Shown one piece after another: positions 1 through 13,052 of a stretch of 64,000 bases of DNA. The notes below the pieces were generated by a model. That model was not told the origin of the DNA, did no database searches, and worked only from the letters and a program-made list of their open reading frames with translations. Position numbers and translations under genes: made by a program. Location: positions 19,157,593 through 19,221,592 of the forward strand of contig CM119270.1 of assembly GCA_051294375.1 (NCBI GenBank), read 5' to 3'. The first letter of the stretch is position 1. Each line of letters begins with the position of its first letter. The stretch is from Paraspadella gotoi (lineage: Eukaryota > Animalia > Chaetognatha).

Positions 1-326
1 AATTTATTAATTAAATTATTATTTTAGTTTATATAGTTTGTATTAATCAATTAATTACCGCTAATGATCGTGGGCAGATCAGACATTGTTTGCTCAAACT
101 TGTTTAAATACTAGCACGTCAGAAATCTAAGAAGAAACTCCATAGACAGGCATGAAAATATATAAAATGAGGTATCTATACTCAGCATACAACTACAAGA
201 ACAACAAACAATAGCCACAACTGAAAAAGAATTAATAAAATTAAATAATTAAAACAATCAACATTGGAAACAACCATTTAATCAATTGAAAATAATCAAC
301 AACAGTAAAATCGGCTCACAACAAAC

Positions 327-3300
327 CTTTGGTAGCAAAACCACATTGACAAAATGAATCAGTTTCCACCATAGATCCGTTCTCTTTGAGTTCATAAACC
401 TGGTCGTGACGTGGCATAAATGCCTGGATTGAGTTTTTTGGCATGCAGATCTCTTTACTTTCTCCAGTCCAGGAAAGGACGGCTGATGCTGTCTGGACAA
501 CAAGTTGGGGAAATGACTCAAGGAAGATATGGATAAGCTCGAGTCTCTCCGCGAATTTTTCTGTACGGAAATATGTGACATGGATTACTAGTCAATGATT
601 TTTAAATGATTTAAAATTTTTTTGAAAATTATGCCTCAAGATATTTAGGTTTAATAATAAGAATTTTCCAGCACTAAACAACACTTTTACAATTTAAAGC
701 TGAGATACTTGAAATATCTTGTAAATCATACCTTTGAGTATAATGAACTCCACTCGCACTCGCTCATGTCCTTTTCCTGGTAAAGGTCGACCTGATGGAA
801 CCACAGCAAGTCCCATCAGATGTGAGACCATGTCGCTGAGCGACGCCAACAATCTTTGGTCAAATTCGGATACTTAGCCGAGAATCTCCAGACAAACGGA
901 ATGCTGTTAAACAAGAGACTAAACATGAGTTGCTAAGATAAGACGAGTACCGACCCAATAATCCTAAAGTTTTGACTGTCTGAAGTCAGATGCATTACAT
1001 CGTCCGAAAGTCTGACAAAGAGGTCCAAGACATGGAGACTCATAGTAAAAACCATCGAGATGATAAGATTTCCATGTTTTTAATTTTTTTTCTCTAAAAA
1101 AAAAAATCATTTGTATAGAATGTAAATTCTGAGCTAAATCACTCATAATTTAAATCGTGAGGAGTTTGGTTTCCTTAATTCATTGCCTAAAAAACGACCT
1201 GAACAACAAAACAACTCCTAAATGAACAAGGGAGGCCACATAATAAAGACCCCACCTAGATTAACAAGGACTTTAACACATCTTTACTTAAGTCTTAGTC
1301 TACAGGGTGGGACCATATATCGAGACAAAACTTAACGTTCTGCCCTGTCTGAAGATTTGATACACACTAATAAAATGAGTGGCAAAGTTTTTTCTGAATT
1401 TTACTATTATATACAATGAAACAAAATAATTTTTAAGCAACTACAAGGCGTCATGGATGTTTTCAATACATTTAGTCGTTTTTATGCGCAAGCATTGTAT
1501 TATATGAATTGGTACAACCAAATTTAAAAATTATCGCATTCATTTAATAAATAAGCTATCTTTGCCCCTGACTTTGGAACAGGCTTTGGTGGTTTAAAGC
1601 CTCCATCACTCTTACAAGATATTGACATAGCAGTCCCTGCAAGCGTTTCCAATCAAGACTCTCTCACAGCTCTCGTTTTTCACTCCCAGAGTCCCTGCTT
1701 CCCTATCAATGAAGTGGAAAAATATTCAAAGAATGTTTTCAATTGTATGAAAAGACCACTCCCTTAATATATTATAAAAGTTCGAACCCCTAAGGTCAGA
1801 ACTTGAGGGGGTGGATGAGGCGAATTACCCACCGGTCTTCTCTCTCAACCCTTCCTCTCTCCTCTTTCTCGCCTGCCGGTCAACCCACATGGTCACTTTG
1901 TCGACAATCAATAGGGCCGAGGAAGACCTTAAGGTTCAAGTCGGTCCGGCGATAAAAGTGGACGGAAGCGTTCACTTCTTTTCTACTCTTACACGTCGAT
2001 TCTCTCCTGTCTACTAATTTCGTCTTCTCCAACTTTAAACTTGGAATATAATTGAAACAGAGAGAGTAATCGGGTTATAAAATTTTTACATACTATTACT
2101 AATACTTGACTTTTTTTTTCACCAATTCGTAACATTCTAGCGAGGATGTTGCTATGTTATAAACATTTTCTTCAGAGGGTATTATTGCTCTGAAAAGCAT
2201 TATTTAACTTTGAAATTCTTTTACTTTGAAAGTGGACTTAAAATATCAATCCTTCAGTTCCTATTAAAACAATTGAATTGTTTATGTTTAAATATATGCG
2301 ATTTTATTCGAATACAACGAGGTTGATCAGTCAATCATCATCAACAAACAAAACAAACCAAAGACAGACTAAGTCTAGCAAAAAAAAAAAAAAAAAAAAA
2401 AAACAAACAAAAAAAAACAACATAAAATAGGAGAAAAAACAGTTATTAAATAAAATTAATTAATTAAAATTTAAACAATTAAAAATTGTTCTTATGTTGT
2501 AAAAATCNNNNNNNNNNNNNNNNNNNNNNNNNGATACTTAGCCGAGAATCTCCAGACAAACGGAATGCTGTATAAACAAGAGACTAAAACATGAGTTGCT
2601 AAGATAAGACCGAGTACCGACCCAATAATCCTAAAGTTTTGACTGTCTGAAGTCAGATGCATTACCATTGTCCGAAAGTCTGACAAAAGGTCCAAGACAT
2701 GGAGACTCATAGTAAAAACCATCGAGATGATTAAGATTTCCATGTTTTAATTTTTTTTCTTTTTTTTCTCTAAAATAAAAAAAAAAATCATTTGTATTAG
2801 AATGTAAATTCTGAGCTAAATCACTTTTCCTTAATTCATTGCCTAAAAAACGACCTGAACAACAAAACAACTCCTAAATGAACAAGGGAGGCCACACAAT
2901 AAAGACCCCACTAGATTCAAGGACTTTAACACATCTTTACTTAGTCTTAGTCTACAGGGGTGGGACCATATATCGAGACAAAACTTAACGTTCTGCCCTG
3001 TCTGAACGATTTGATACACAATAATAAAATGAGTGGCAACAGTTTTTTCTGACTTTTTACTATTATATACAATGAAACAAAATAATTTTTTAAGCAACTA
3101 CAAGGCGTCATGGATGTTTTCAATACATTTCGTCGTTTTTATGCGCACGCACTGTATTATATGAAATTGGTACAACCAATATAAAAATTATCCATTCATT
3201 TAATAAATAAGCTATCTTGCTCCTGACTTTGGACAGGCTTTGGTGGTTTAAGGCCTCCATCACTCTTACAAGATAATGACATAGCAGGTCCCTGCAAGCT

Positions 3301-5520
3301 TTCAATCAAGACTCTCTCACAGTCTCGTTTATTCACTCCCAGAGTCCCTGCCTTCCCTATCAATGAAGTGGAAAATATTTCAAAGAATGTTTCAATTGTA
3401 TGAAAAGACCACTCCCTTAATATATTATAAAAGTTCGAACCCCTAAGGTCAGAACTTGAGGGGGTGATGAGGCGAATTACCACCGGTCTCTCTCTCTCAA
3501 CCCTTCCTCTCTCCTCTTTCTCCGTGCCGGTCAACCCACATGGTCACTTTGTCGGACAAATCAATAGGGCCGAGGAGACCTTAAGGTCAAGTCGGTCCGG
3601 GCGTCACGATTCTTCTCCTGCTCCTTACTAATTTCGTCTTCTCCAACTTTAAACTTGGAATATAATTGAAACGAGGAGTAATCGGGTTATAAAATTTTTA
3701 CATACTATTACTAATACTTGACTTTTTTTTCACCAATTCGTAACATTCTAGCGAGGATGTTGCTATGTTATAAACATTTTCTTCAGAGGGTATCTCTGAA
3801 AAGCATTATTTACTTTGAAATTTTTTACTTTGAAAGTGGAAATATCAATCCTTCAGTTCCTATTAAAACAATTGAATTGTTTATGTTTAATATATGCGAT
3901 TTTATTCGAATACAACGAGGTTGANNNNNNNNNNNNNNNNNNNNNNNNNNNNNNNNNNNNNNNNNNNNNNNNNNNNNNNNNNNNNNNNNNNNNNNNNNNN
4001 NNNNNNNNNNNNNNNNNNNNNNNNNNNNNNNNNNNNNNNNNNNNNNNNNNNNNNNNNNNNNNNNNNNNNNNNNNNNNNNNNNNNNNNNNNNNNNNNNNNN
4101 NNNNNNNNNNNNNNNNNNNNNNNNNNNNNNNNNNNNNNNNNNNNNNNNNNNNNNNNNNNNNNNNNNNNNNNNNNNNNNNNNNNNNNNNNNNNNNNNNNNN
4201 NNNNNNNNNNNNNNNNNNNNNNNNNNNNNNNNNNNNNNNNNNNNNNNNNNNNNNNNNNNNNNNNNNNNNNNNNNNNNNNNNNNNNNNNNTCAGTACAATC
4301 ATCATCAACAAACAAAACAAACAAAGACAGACTAAGTCTAGCAAAAAAAAAAACAACAAAAAAAAAAACAAACAAAAAAAAAAACATAAAATAGAGAGAA
4401 AAAGCAGTTAATTAAATAAAATTAATTTAATTAAAATTTAAACAATTAAAAATTGTTCTTATGTTGTAAAAATCCTGTCTCTTTCACTACTAAGGTTGAA
4501 CCCTAGATATGTCCCTAGATATGTCCCTAGATATGTCCATTTATCAACTAGATCGATACAGTTACCATCGAGAAAAAGTATATCATTTAGAATTGTAGTT
4601 TGCCACTTCCCAAAATACATGACTTTCGTTTTTTTGAAACTAAATGTAAAACAAAAATCCTTTGCATATTTTGCACAAATGTATAGATAATAAGATACTG
4701 TAGTAAATGTATCATGAAAAAATAATTAAAAAAAAATTATAATGTGAATAATATTTAAAAATAAAAATTTAATCCTGTTCCAACACAAGGGTGTTCGTCG
4801 TCCCTCCGATTGTCAGCGAAAAAATGTCTCAACACTTCAAAGACTACAATAAGTCTACAAAGACAACGACAATAACAACGAATAACAACAACGAGGCACC
4901 AACGGTGACCAGAATCAATCTTAATATGGAGAATTTTAATCTGACAGAGTCTTGATTCCATAAGCTGATGAGGGCTCACCTCAATCATCTTCGCCTCTGA
5001 CGGCAACGGAAGAACCAATTTTTTTTAAGACGCACATTCCGTCGTCTAGCAACCAAAATTGCGATTATCCCTTCCCTCTCTCTTTCTCTCTCGATCGCAC
5101 TAGTAGAACCAACGACCTTCCCCCCGAAAGTTCAACTTACCTCGTTGCGTCTCTCCAGAATTCCTTGTCACCAGATATCGGGTCAAATGACGCCTTGGTC
5201 ACGGGAGGCTATGTCACCTGATACCTTTTTGATTCGATCGTTTGTCACGTTTCAAGTTGTTGCATAACCTTATTCTATCATCATGTGACTTCTTGGCGCT
5301 TCTGTTGTCAATTTCTTTTTCGCCGATTGAGGGCACTTGCCTTGTGACCCGTCATCGCATGAAAGCAAATCGTTCGTAGTTGTTCCACGCTATTGTCGCT
5401 TATGTTACATCCAAGTTGACCACCGCCGCTCGAGTGTCTCTGGTTTTGCTTCCGTCGTTGTCTTCGTCGTCATCGTCGTCGCCGTCTTCATCATCGGATT
5501 TGTTTCGGTCGTCTGTTGAT
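327..5520 (-). CDS. XK-related (XKR/CED-8 family) membrane protein, multi-exon, 3' end beyond window start; middle exons duplicated and indel-ridden
   Basis: The minus-strand exon 587-327 (AG acceptor at 589-588, GT donor at 326-325) reads VIHVTYFRTEKFAERLELIHIFLESFPQLVVQ, matching the XK-family FLESxPQLxxQ hallmark. The preceding exon 1093-732 (cleaner copy ~2769-2533) reads SLHVLDLLSDFRTMV...IIGSVLGLILATHVLVSCL...SHLMGLAVV, resembling the first XK helices, and joins the next exon in phase 1. Further candidate exons lie at ~1145-1350, ~1830-2039, ~4980-5045 and ~5141-5520; the 5' boundary is uncertain. Confidence 0.7.
869..4474. repeat. Tandem duplication (869-2507 and 2533-4474) separated by a 25-N gap; probable assembly artefact
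   Basis: Both copies start gatacttagccgagaatctcc and end atgttgtaaaaatc. They differ largely by single-base indels. Copy 1 reads ggttga-tcagt straight across the point where copy 2 has a ~365-N gap. Confidence 0.85.
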
Positions 5521-5644
5521 GACGGTGGTTTCGGGTGGCAACCAGGAAGTGAGAGAGAGCGAGAGAAAGAGAGAGAGAAAGACAAAAAGAGAGGGAGAGT
5601 GAGCGCGAGGCAACATTATGCCGAATTAAAACCGTCCCACTCAA

Positions 5645-5955
5645 AAGCTGAGGGAGAGAAAGAGAGACAGAGAGAGAGACTGAGAGACAGAGAGACAAAG
5701 AGAGAGAGACACTGAAAGAGAGAGAGGCAGAGAGAGAGACACACATAGAGACAGAGAGAGAGATAAAGAGAAAGACAGAGCGAGAGACACAGAGAGAAAG
5801 AGACACAGAGAGAGACAGAGAGAAATACAGAGAGAGACACACAGAGAAAGAGAGAAAGAGAGACACAAAGAAAGACAGAGAGAGAGACACCGAGAGAGAC
5901 ACAGAGAGACACACACAGAGAGACAAAGAGCTACACGGACCGAGAGAGAGACAAA
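5645..5955. repeat. Degenerate (AG)n/(AGAC)n microsatellite
   Basis: Directly visible; it produces the spurious SL/ER ORFs in the track. Confidence 0.9.
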
Positions 5956-6054
5956 ATCAGAGATACATTGATAAGAATACTCAATGATATACTTATATAA
6001 ATATAAACATGTCATACAGACAAGCCGGATTATAGAGAGAGAAGAAACAAAATA

Positions 6055-6206
6055 AGATTTTTATTGCCAACAACGATTGTTTTTTTTCGACTCTTGATTG
6101 CGGTCTTCTTCAGCACTTAATACAAATCGTATGAAGCGCTGAAGAAGTCGAAGTTGAAACGTGTCCCAAATAAAAATAAACAATTATTGTTGCCAATAAA
6201 ATTCTT
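6055..6206. mobile_element. Palindromic Penelope-like element terminus with minimal hammerhead-ribozyme-type core
   Basis: Imperfect inverted repeat (aagatttttattgccaacaa ... ttgttgccaataaaattctt; cttcagc ... gctgaag). The right arm has CTGAAGA...GAAACGTGTC (6139-6165) followed by AATAAA; the left arm carries the complementary core. Confidence 0.45.
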
Positions 6207-8659
6207 GGATGGAATCGCCGAATGCTGATTGGCTGAGCTGGAACCGGAATCGATCAATCAGCTTGCAGCTTAAGTTGAAAAAAGATGAAAGTTAAAAAAA
6301 TGATGCAAGTTGAAAAATTATGCAAGCGGAAAAGATGATGCAAATTTAAAAAAAATAATAGTTAAAAAATTATTCCTTTGTACAGTTCAGTTTAATCCCT
6401 TGCAACCGATTTTCATGTATTGGCGCAGCCACTGCTTTGGTATGTTACGATTTGTTATAATCAGTTAGAATCACAAATTGAAAGAATTATCGTGATTTAT
6501 CATCTGATTAACTGATTACCGATTAATTATCGTAGGCAGATCAGATATTGTTTGCTCAAGCTTGTTCTCTATCAGAATTCATCGAAAAATTTTAAGATTT
6601 ACATTTTTTTTATATATATAGTAGTATAATATTTTTTTAAAAGATATTTTAATACCATAATCTATGCTCATGATAGATTATTTTAACGCTGTATTGCATT
6701 AGCTTTTAAATTTCATCGGCTATGGCTAACAACAACCACACCTTAACAACAACCAGCTTAACACTGACACAGCTAAACAACCCTTTTATATTTTTAGCTA
6801 TGTTCTTAAGTTCTTGACACCCGTAATTGAAAAAAAATTGAAAAAAAAAAGTAATAAAGTTTGGGGATTTTGTTTTGAGCCAAATTGTCTAGAAATGAGG
6901 CCTGGAAAGGATAATGGAAGAAAACTGTGCTCTTTATTCCGAAAACGCCTCATTTCAATCATAATGGAAGAAAACTGGGCTATCTATTTTGAAAGCGCCT
7001 CATTTCAGGTAAAATACAGAATTTAATTTGATTTTAGGGCAAAAAATTAAATTAGGGGGTAGAGATAAGGATTACATTAGGGTTAGAGATAAGGATTAGA
7101 TTAGGGATTAGGTTAAGATTAAGGATTAGTGCTAAAGATTAGATTAAGATTTTGGAAAAAAACATTCGAATTATATATCAGAGTTAAAATTAAACTCAGG
7201 AATTAAGAAAAGAAATGGGGAGCATTCGGAAAATAGCGCCGAAAACTGCTAAAAGAAAATTGCGGCGTTCGTCATTAATCAGAGGATGAATTTTCATTCC
7301 TTCCCGCAGAGTCGCTGAAAAGACGCGGTTTATGCAGGCGCCGCTGTACTCATTAACCCGCTACAGGGGATTTCCACCCGGAAAATCGATATCGCGTTTT
7401 GTAATCAATGTTATTTTTTAATTTCGATGTCAAAAAGAAGATATTTTAGGTCATAAAACTTGGCACGAAAAAAACGCCCCTCATGATAAAAAAAATCTTA
7501 TCAAATTTGCATAATATACTTTCTCGCTGATAAGTTAATAATAAATTCACCCTCGCGCATTTAAACTACGGAAAACCACAAGCAAATCTTTCGTTATGTA
7601 CCTAAAACAGTTATTTTTTCCCCTTCTCAATCTACAAAAAAAAAAAAAAAAAAAAAGATGAGCCGTTTTGGAGCGAACAAATACGACCTCAGTCGGGCTT
7701 CGTTCCGACCCTCATTCAAATACTCGAAATGAAATGAGAGAGAAAGAAACTTCTTTCTTTTTATTGTTTAACTTTTTTTTCTCGTTCTCGAATTTGATGC
7801 TTGTGCACTGGCGTCAATTTTTTTCAATCGCTTTCATTTCAAAGTTTATAAAGGTAAGTGTATAAAGGTAAGTTCCAGTTCGTGTGACCCTGGATGCTTT
7901 TTTTTTCAGTCGGCGCGGCTACCGGCGTTTGCCCCCAAAAAATGTGAGACGTCAATGTTGCGGTTTTGTTGCGTTTAATTGGGTTAGAATCGGAGGAAAA
8001 AGAAACAATAAGTGAACCGTCGTGAATAAAACAAAAAAAAGAGTCACTGACTGAACTTTATGCATGATTGACTTGTTAGTTCTGGTGACATTGTTAACAA
8101 ATGTTCTATCTATGTTCTTTCTTCTTTTTTCTTCTATTTAAATAGAAAAATTACTATTTTATAATTGTCAAAAATTTTCCATTAATTTAGTCAACGCTTT
8201 TTCGACCCTTGTTTTTGACCTTAAACCTTTTACACTCTCTTTGGACGAGAGGAAATTCGGTATTCATTCTATGCTTTACTCCTCGTGACCTCTTAGATTG
8301 AGTTACGAAAAGAACTGGAGCAACAACAATAACAACAACGACAACAACAATAAAAACCCTTTGCGATTTTATTCCGAAGAAGAAACGGATAATGATCCTA
8401 ATCCTATTGATAAAACATTTATTGACTTTTTTGGATATAATTAGATAGATTTATTTATTGTTCGATAGTTTGGTTGATTACTTCATTGATTGGTGATTTG
8501 ATTGATTCAATAACTGATTCATACGATGGATCTATTTACCGATAGATTGTTTTCCTGATTTTATATGATTGATTGACATTAAACCTTTCCTTACAACCAC
8601 AACCTGACTCAATTGGGAGAAAAAAAACTTTTTGTTTCATAACTTTCCTCGTTTTGCAA

Positions 8660-8696
<37 letters not shown>

Positions 8697-9320
8697 GGTT
8701 CTCGCGCCCTGGTTGCGTCGATATAAAAACCACGGCGCCCAAATCATCCGACTTTTAAGTTCACCATTTTTTTTCCTGCATCATCACATTTTTCAAAAAA
8801 AGTTTTTCGATTCCTACATTTCATATTTTTGTTTCTCCTTTATTACTACTAAAATTGTTAAAATAACATATATTTTGCGACATTTTGGGTCTTTAGATTC
8901 TCATGCAATTTACACTGTTTTTGATCGAAATGACTTCTTTTCTGTAATCTTATTGATTAAGACCAACGCCGATGCCTATGACGACGGCAGGCCCTTTCCG
9001 TTTATATATCCGAACTCGGATATTGTTTGCTCTGAACTAAAATTATTTGCTTTATCCTTTTTATCTCGCCAGACGGGCTTAAGCCAGTCTTGGCTACATT
9101 TTTTTTTGGCTCAGCTTCTTTGTGTCGTCGTCGGCGTCATCAAAACTATATAAGAAAAAAGTGTGACGCAGACGATAACGACGACGACGACGACGACACA
9201 AAAAGTTTAAAGCGATCCAAAATCAAACGAGATAAAAAGAAGAATAAATAAAAGAAGATTATTGAAAGACCGAAATTCCGTCAGCATTTGACTCGCTAAA
9301 CCCTATATTTTAACATTTAG

Positions 9321-9390
9321 ACATGAAGACTTGAAACTTACAAGTCGAAACATGTTCATTATTAAACAAAACAAATCGTTGTAGAAAACT
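9321..9390 (+). mobile_element. Penelope-like terminal fragment with degenerate hammerhead core
   Basis: tgaaGACTTG-aaactta-CAAGTC-GAAACATGTT gives a stem II followed by GAAAC. The downstream caaatcgttgt..aaaact is shared with the 23820 element. Confidence 0.35.
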
Positions 9391-9677
9391 CAATTTGCGT
9401 TTTTTACTTTTTACACAATGAAACTAAAGGATAAATTCAATATAATATTTAGACCTTAATCCTTAATCAAAAGTCTAAAAATTGATTTAAATCAAAGCCT
9501 AATTTTGTCTTATCTGTTTTAATTTAAATATTTCCCAAATCTTCATTTCTAAAACTAAATCTAAATCCCACTTCATAAATCTTCACTCCAAGTTTCCTTT
9601 TTTTAAAATCTAAATCCTTCCTCCTAAATCTAAGGCTCCAAATCCCTCCCTTAAATTCCCCCCCCCAAAAAAAAAGA

Positions 9678-11040
9678 ATGTCGACGAATTCCTGGACGGC
9701 GACGTCGGCGCCTGACGACGCCGTGGCGTCATTTTCTTCGTCGCCGCAGCCGAGCGCCGCTTATCCGCCCGGCGCCGTCACCCCCAGTCACTTCGCCGCC
9801 CTCGCCGCCACTCTGCCGCCTAATTTCCTCAGCGTGATCTCGGCGACGGTGGTGGCGCTGACGGCGTTGGGCGGCGCCGGAAACGTCATGGCGTTCGTCG
9901 TCGTCATGACGAAGGAATTGCGCGAGTTAGCGCTAGGGGTCTACATGGCGTTTCTGGCCGTCTTCGATCTGCTGACTCTCGTGGGCGGGTTGGTTTGGTA
10001 AGTCGGTCATGGGTTCTCTTCTTACTTTTCTCTTTTGAGTCGGTGTCAATTTTNNNNNNNNNNCAATTTTGAGTCGGTGTCAATTTTGGACAGAATGACA
10101 AGATACAAAATCTACAGCTTTTTATTAAATGCAAGTGGATCAGTGACGTGGGTAGAATTTCCTGGCGGATGGAATCCTAGATCCGCCTTTTCGCCAAGAG
10201 AGCTTGATTCCACTTTGATCCGGTTCCATTCGATTCCACCTTTTGAGTTTCTCTTTCTTCTGTAATGGAATTTTGTTTCAACAATAAAAATTTCTATATT
10301 TTTGTTTCTTTGTATTTTTTTTTTTTAAATAAGTTAAAATTCCATTTTCAATATTGTCCATTCAGTTCACAAACGATAATATTTTTCGTGATGTGAAAAA
10401 TTTGATTATTAAAAAAAAATGTCTGTTTTTCAATTGGGTGGGGAAATCGCTCTCAATCTCAAAAAATACATGTTAATGAGAAATGCTATTCCAATGTTAT
10501 TTCAAATAACCAATGCTCTTTTCCTAAAAATACAAAACCCAAAATTCAACTTCATGTATTCAAAACCCAAACAAAATAATCCTTTCTTTAACCATCCACC
10601 ATCCCGGCCAACCCCTCTATACCACTCATCCACCATCCCGGCCAACCCCTCTTCACCACTCATCCACCATCGGCCACCCCTCTTCATCACTATCTACCAT
10701 CCCGGCCATCCCTCTTCACCACTCATCCACGCCACCCCCTCTTCACCACTCATCCACCATCCCGACCACCCCCTCTTCACCACTCATCACCATCCCGGCC
10801 AACCCCTCTTCACCACTCACCCACCATCCCGGTCCATCCCCGTCCACAGGTACATCACCCTCGTCCACATGAACCCCTCCACCTGCGCCATGAGGAGTTT
10901 CGTGGCGTGGTTCCCCGAAGCCGTCGCCAACTGGATCATCGTCGTCTTGACTCTCGATCGAATGTGTTCCATCTTCTTTCCCTTCAAGATGCGATCGTGG
11001 GGGCTGTCGACGGCCCAATCGGCGGGTGAGGGCTGTTCGG

Positions 11041-11077
<37 letters not shown>

Positions 11078-12013
11078 TAATATGTAATTTAATCAATGGA
11101 TAATTCAGACACGTAATCACTCGGTTAATCAATCGATAAATTGATAATTTATTAAGCAGAAAAAAATTTTAAAACTAAGTAAACAAATCCTTTGCTCAAT
11201 CAATCCATTATCCAATCAATCATTCGATCAGTAACTGAATTAATTAATTAACGAATGAAAACGCTGACTTAAGGGTAATATAGATTAACGACGATTGACT
11301 TAAAAAGCGTTTCAATAACGTTTGCTGAAACCAATCAATCGTGTTGGAATCATTTTCCCAACCAATCAAACCAATCAGTTCGCGTTTGCGTCGTCGTCGT
11401 CATCATCACTTTCTCCTTCAACTTTCCTCGATTTTGGTTTTGGAGATTCGATCCCGAGACGAAGAAATGCGTCATCAATGAGGCCACCGCCGGCGCCGCT
11501 ACGGAAGTGTAAGGATTGGAATATCTATTATTTATTCATTATTTTGAGGTTTATTTATTTATTTTTAAATTTTTATTTTATTTATTTTTTATTCGTTTCT
11601 TTTTTCACGTCATTATCCTTTCGCATGGAGTTGGTACAACCGGTATAAAATAATACATGCATTCTATAAAAAGCTATCTTGCCCTTGACCTTTAACAGGC
11701 ATATAAATCTTATGTTGATATACGAACTATACTTTTAAGAATAACTATAAGCACTACCTATTCTTGGGCAAGTTGTAAGCATCATTTACATACTCAGTGA
11801 TACTCACTCTTCCTATTTTCATATTCTAGTTTTAAATTTCGTCTCGTCTTATCACATGACAACTGAAGATGTCTCGAATATAAAGGAGATTCTTTCCCAA
11901 CATCTGGGAACTCCTGTTGAGAGATGGATGGAAACTTGTGTCAGAGTCTCTATCTTTCATGGAAGACAAAGAGAGTGAGAGAGCGAGAGAGCGAGAGAGC
12001 GAGAGAGCGAGAG

Positions 12014-12074
<61 letters not shown>

Positions 12075-13014
12075 ACCACATTTACTGCGCCAAGAGTAAG
12101 AACGAAAACTAAAGAGAATCTCTGACGCTTTAAGTCGGGATACTAATAATATTAATGTTAAATTATTAATGTTAAGTCTACCGATCATTTTTTTTGTCCA
12201 GCTATCCGTGGATCGGCGCCTTGGTTTACTTCGTAATTCCAGTGGCAAAATTGGTTTTGGCAAATGGCGCCGTCATCTGGCAGATCCGGTCCATGGGGAA
12301 AGACCTTCAAGCCGTCCAAATGGTGAGGCGATGGTAGAGAGATAGAGAGATGAGAGAGAGGGAAAACGAGACGAGAGAGAGGAGAGAGCAGAGAGATCGG
12401 TGGATGAGAGAAGAAATGATTAGAGAGAGTAGGCGCGGGTGGGGAGATAGGAGAGTCGAAGAGAGAGAGAGAGAGAGAGAGTATTGAATTGAAAATATAA
12501 CTGCCTTTAAAAGCTATTATTTCTCAGAGAGTTTCCCCGTTTGGTTTTGAAACATTCAAGTTTAAAAAATCATATATCTCCTCAACCACTTGACCGATTG
12601 TAATAAAATTTAAACATATGATTCTTTTTTTAAAAAATAATTAATATAATATAATTAATAATTAATAATAATTAATATAATTTTTTAAAAGAGTCTGGAA
12701 TTTAAAGCAATAAAGTGGTACGTTTTTTTTGCACAGGAGTGTATTCTATTCCATTGCAATCCGCATTTAGACATTAGACATACAAACAAATGACCAAACA
12801 AAGAGGCGAAAATTGATGTGGGAATAAGAGGAAGGAAAATCCACGGGGAGCAAGGACAAATGCATCTTAGCGACCTTGGCGATTGGACAAACCTTTTAGA
12901 GAGAAACCTGAGAAAGAGAGTGTGTGAAAGTGTGTGAAAGTGTGTGTGTGTGTTGAGAGAGAGAGACTGAGATGAGAGAGAGAGGGATGAGGACTGAGAG
13001 ACTGACGACGAGAC

Positions 13015-13052
<38 letters not shown>

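Noticed and set aside
3160-3345. Part of ORF 3196-3534 as coding
   Set aside because: It overlaps a dispersed repeat (attggtacaaccaat...aagctatct...ttattcactcccag) also seen near 11670, 19880 and 24510, so it is intronic.
3815-4411. ORFs spanning N runs (also 29062-29392, 32363-32710, 32975-34016)
   Set aside because: They are open only because N codons contain no stops.
5380-6015. Long SL/ER/CLSL-repeat ORFs here and at many other (AG)n/(CT)n tracts
   Set aside because: They are translations of microsatellites with no splice or domain support.
10419-10849. His/Pro-rich N-terminal part of ORF 10419-11087
   Set aside because: It is an intronic 34-bp minisatellite; only 10850-11025 is GPCR exon.
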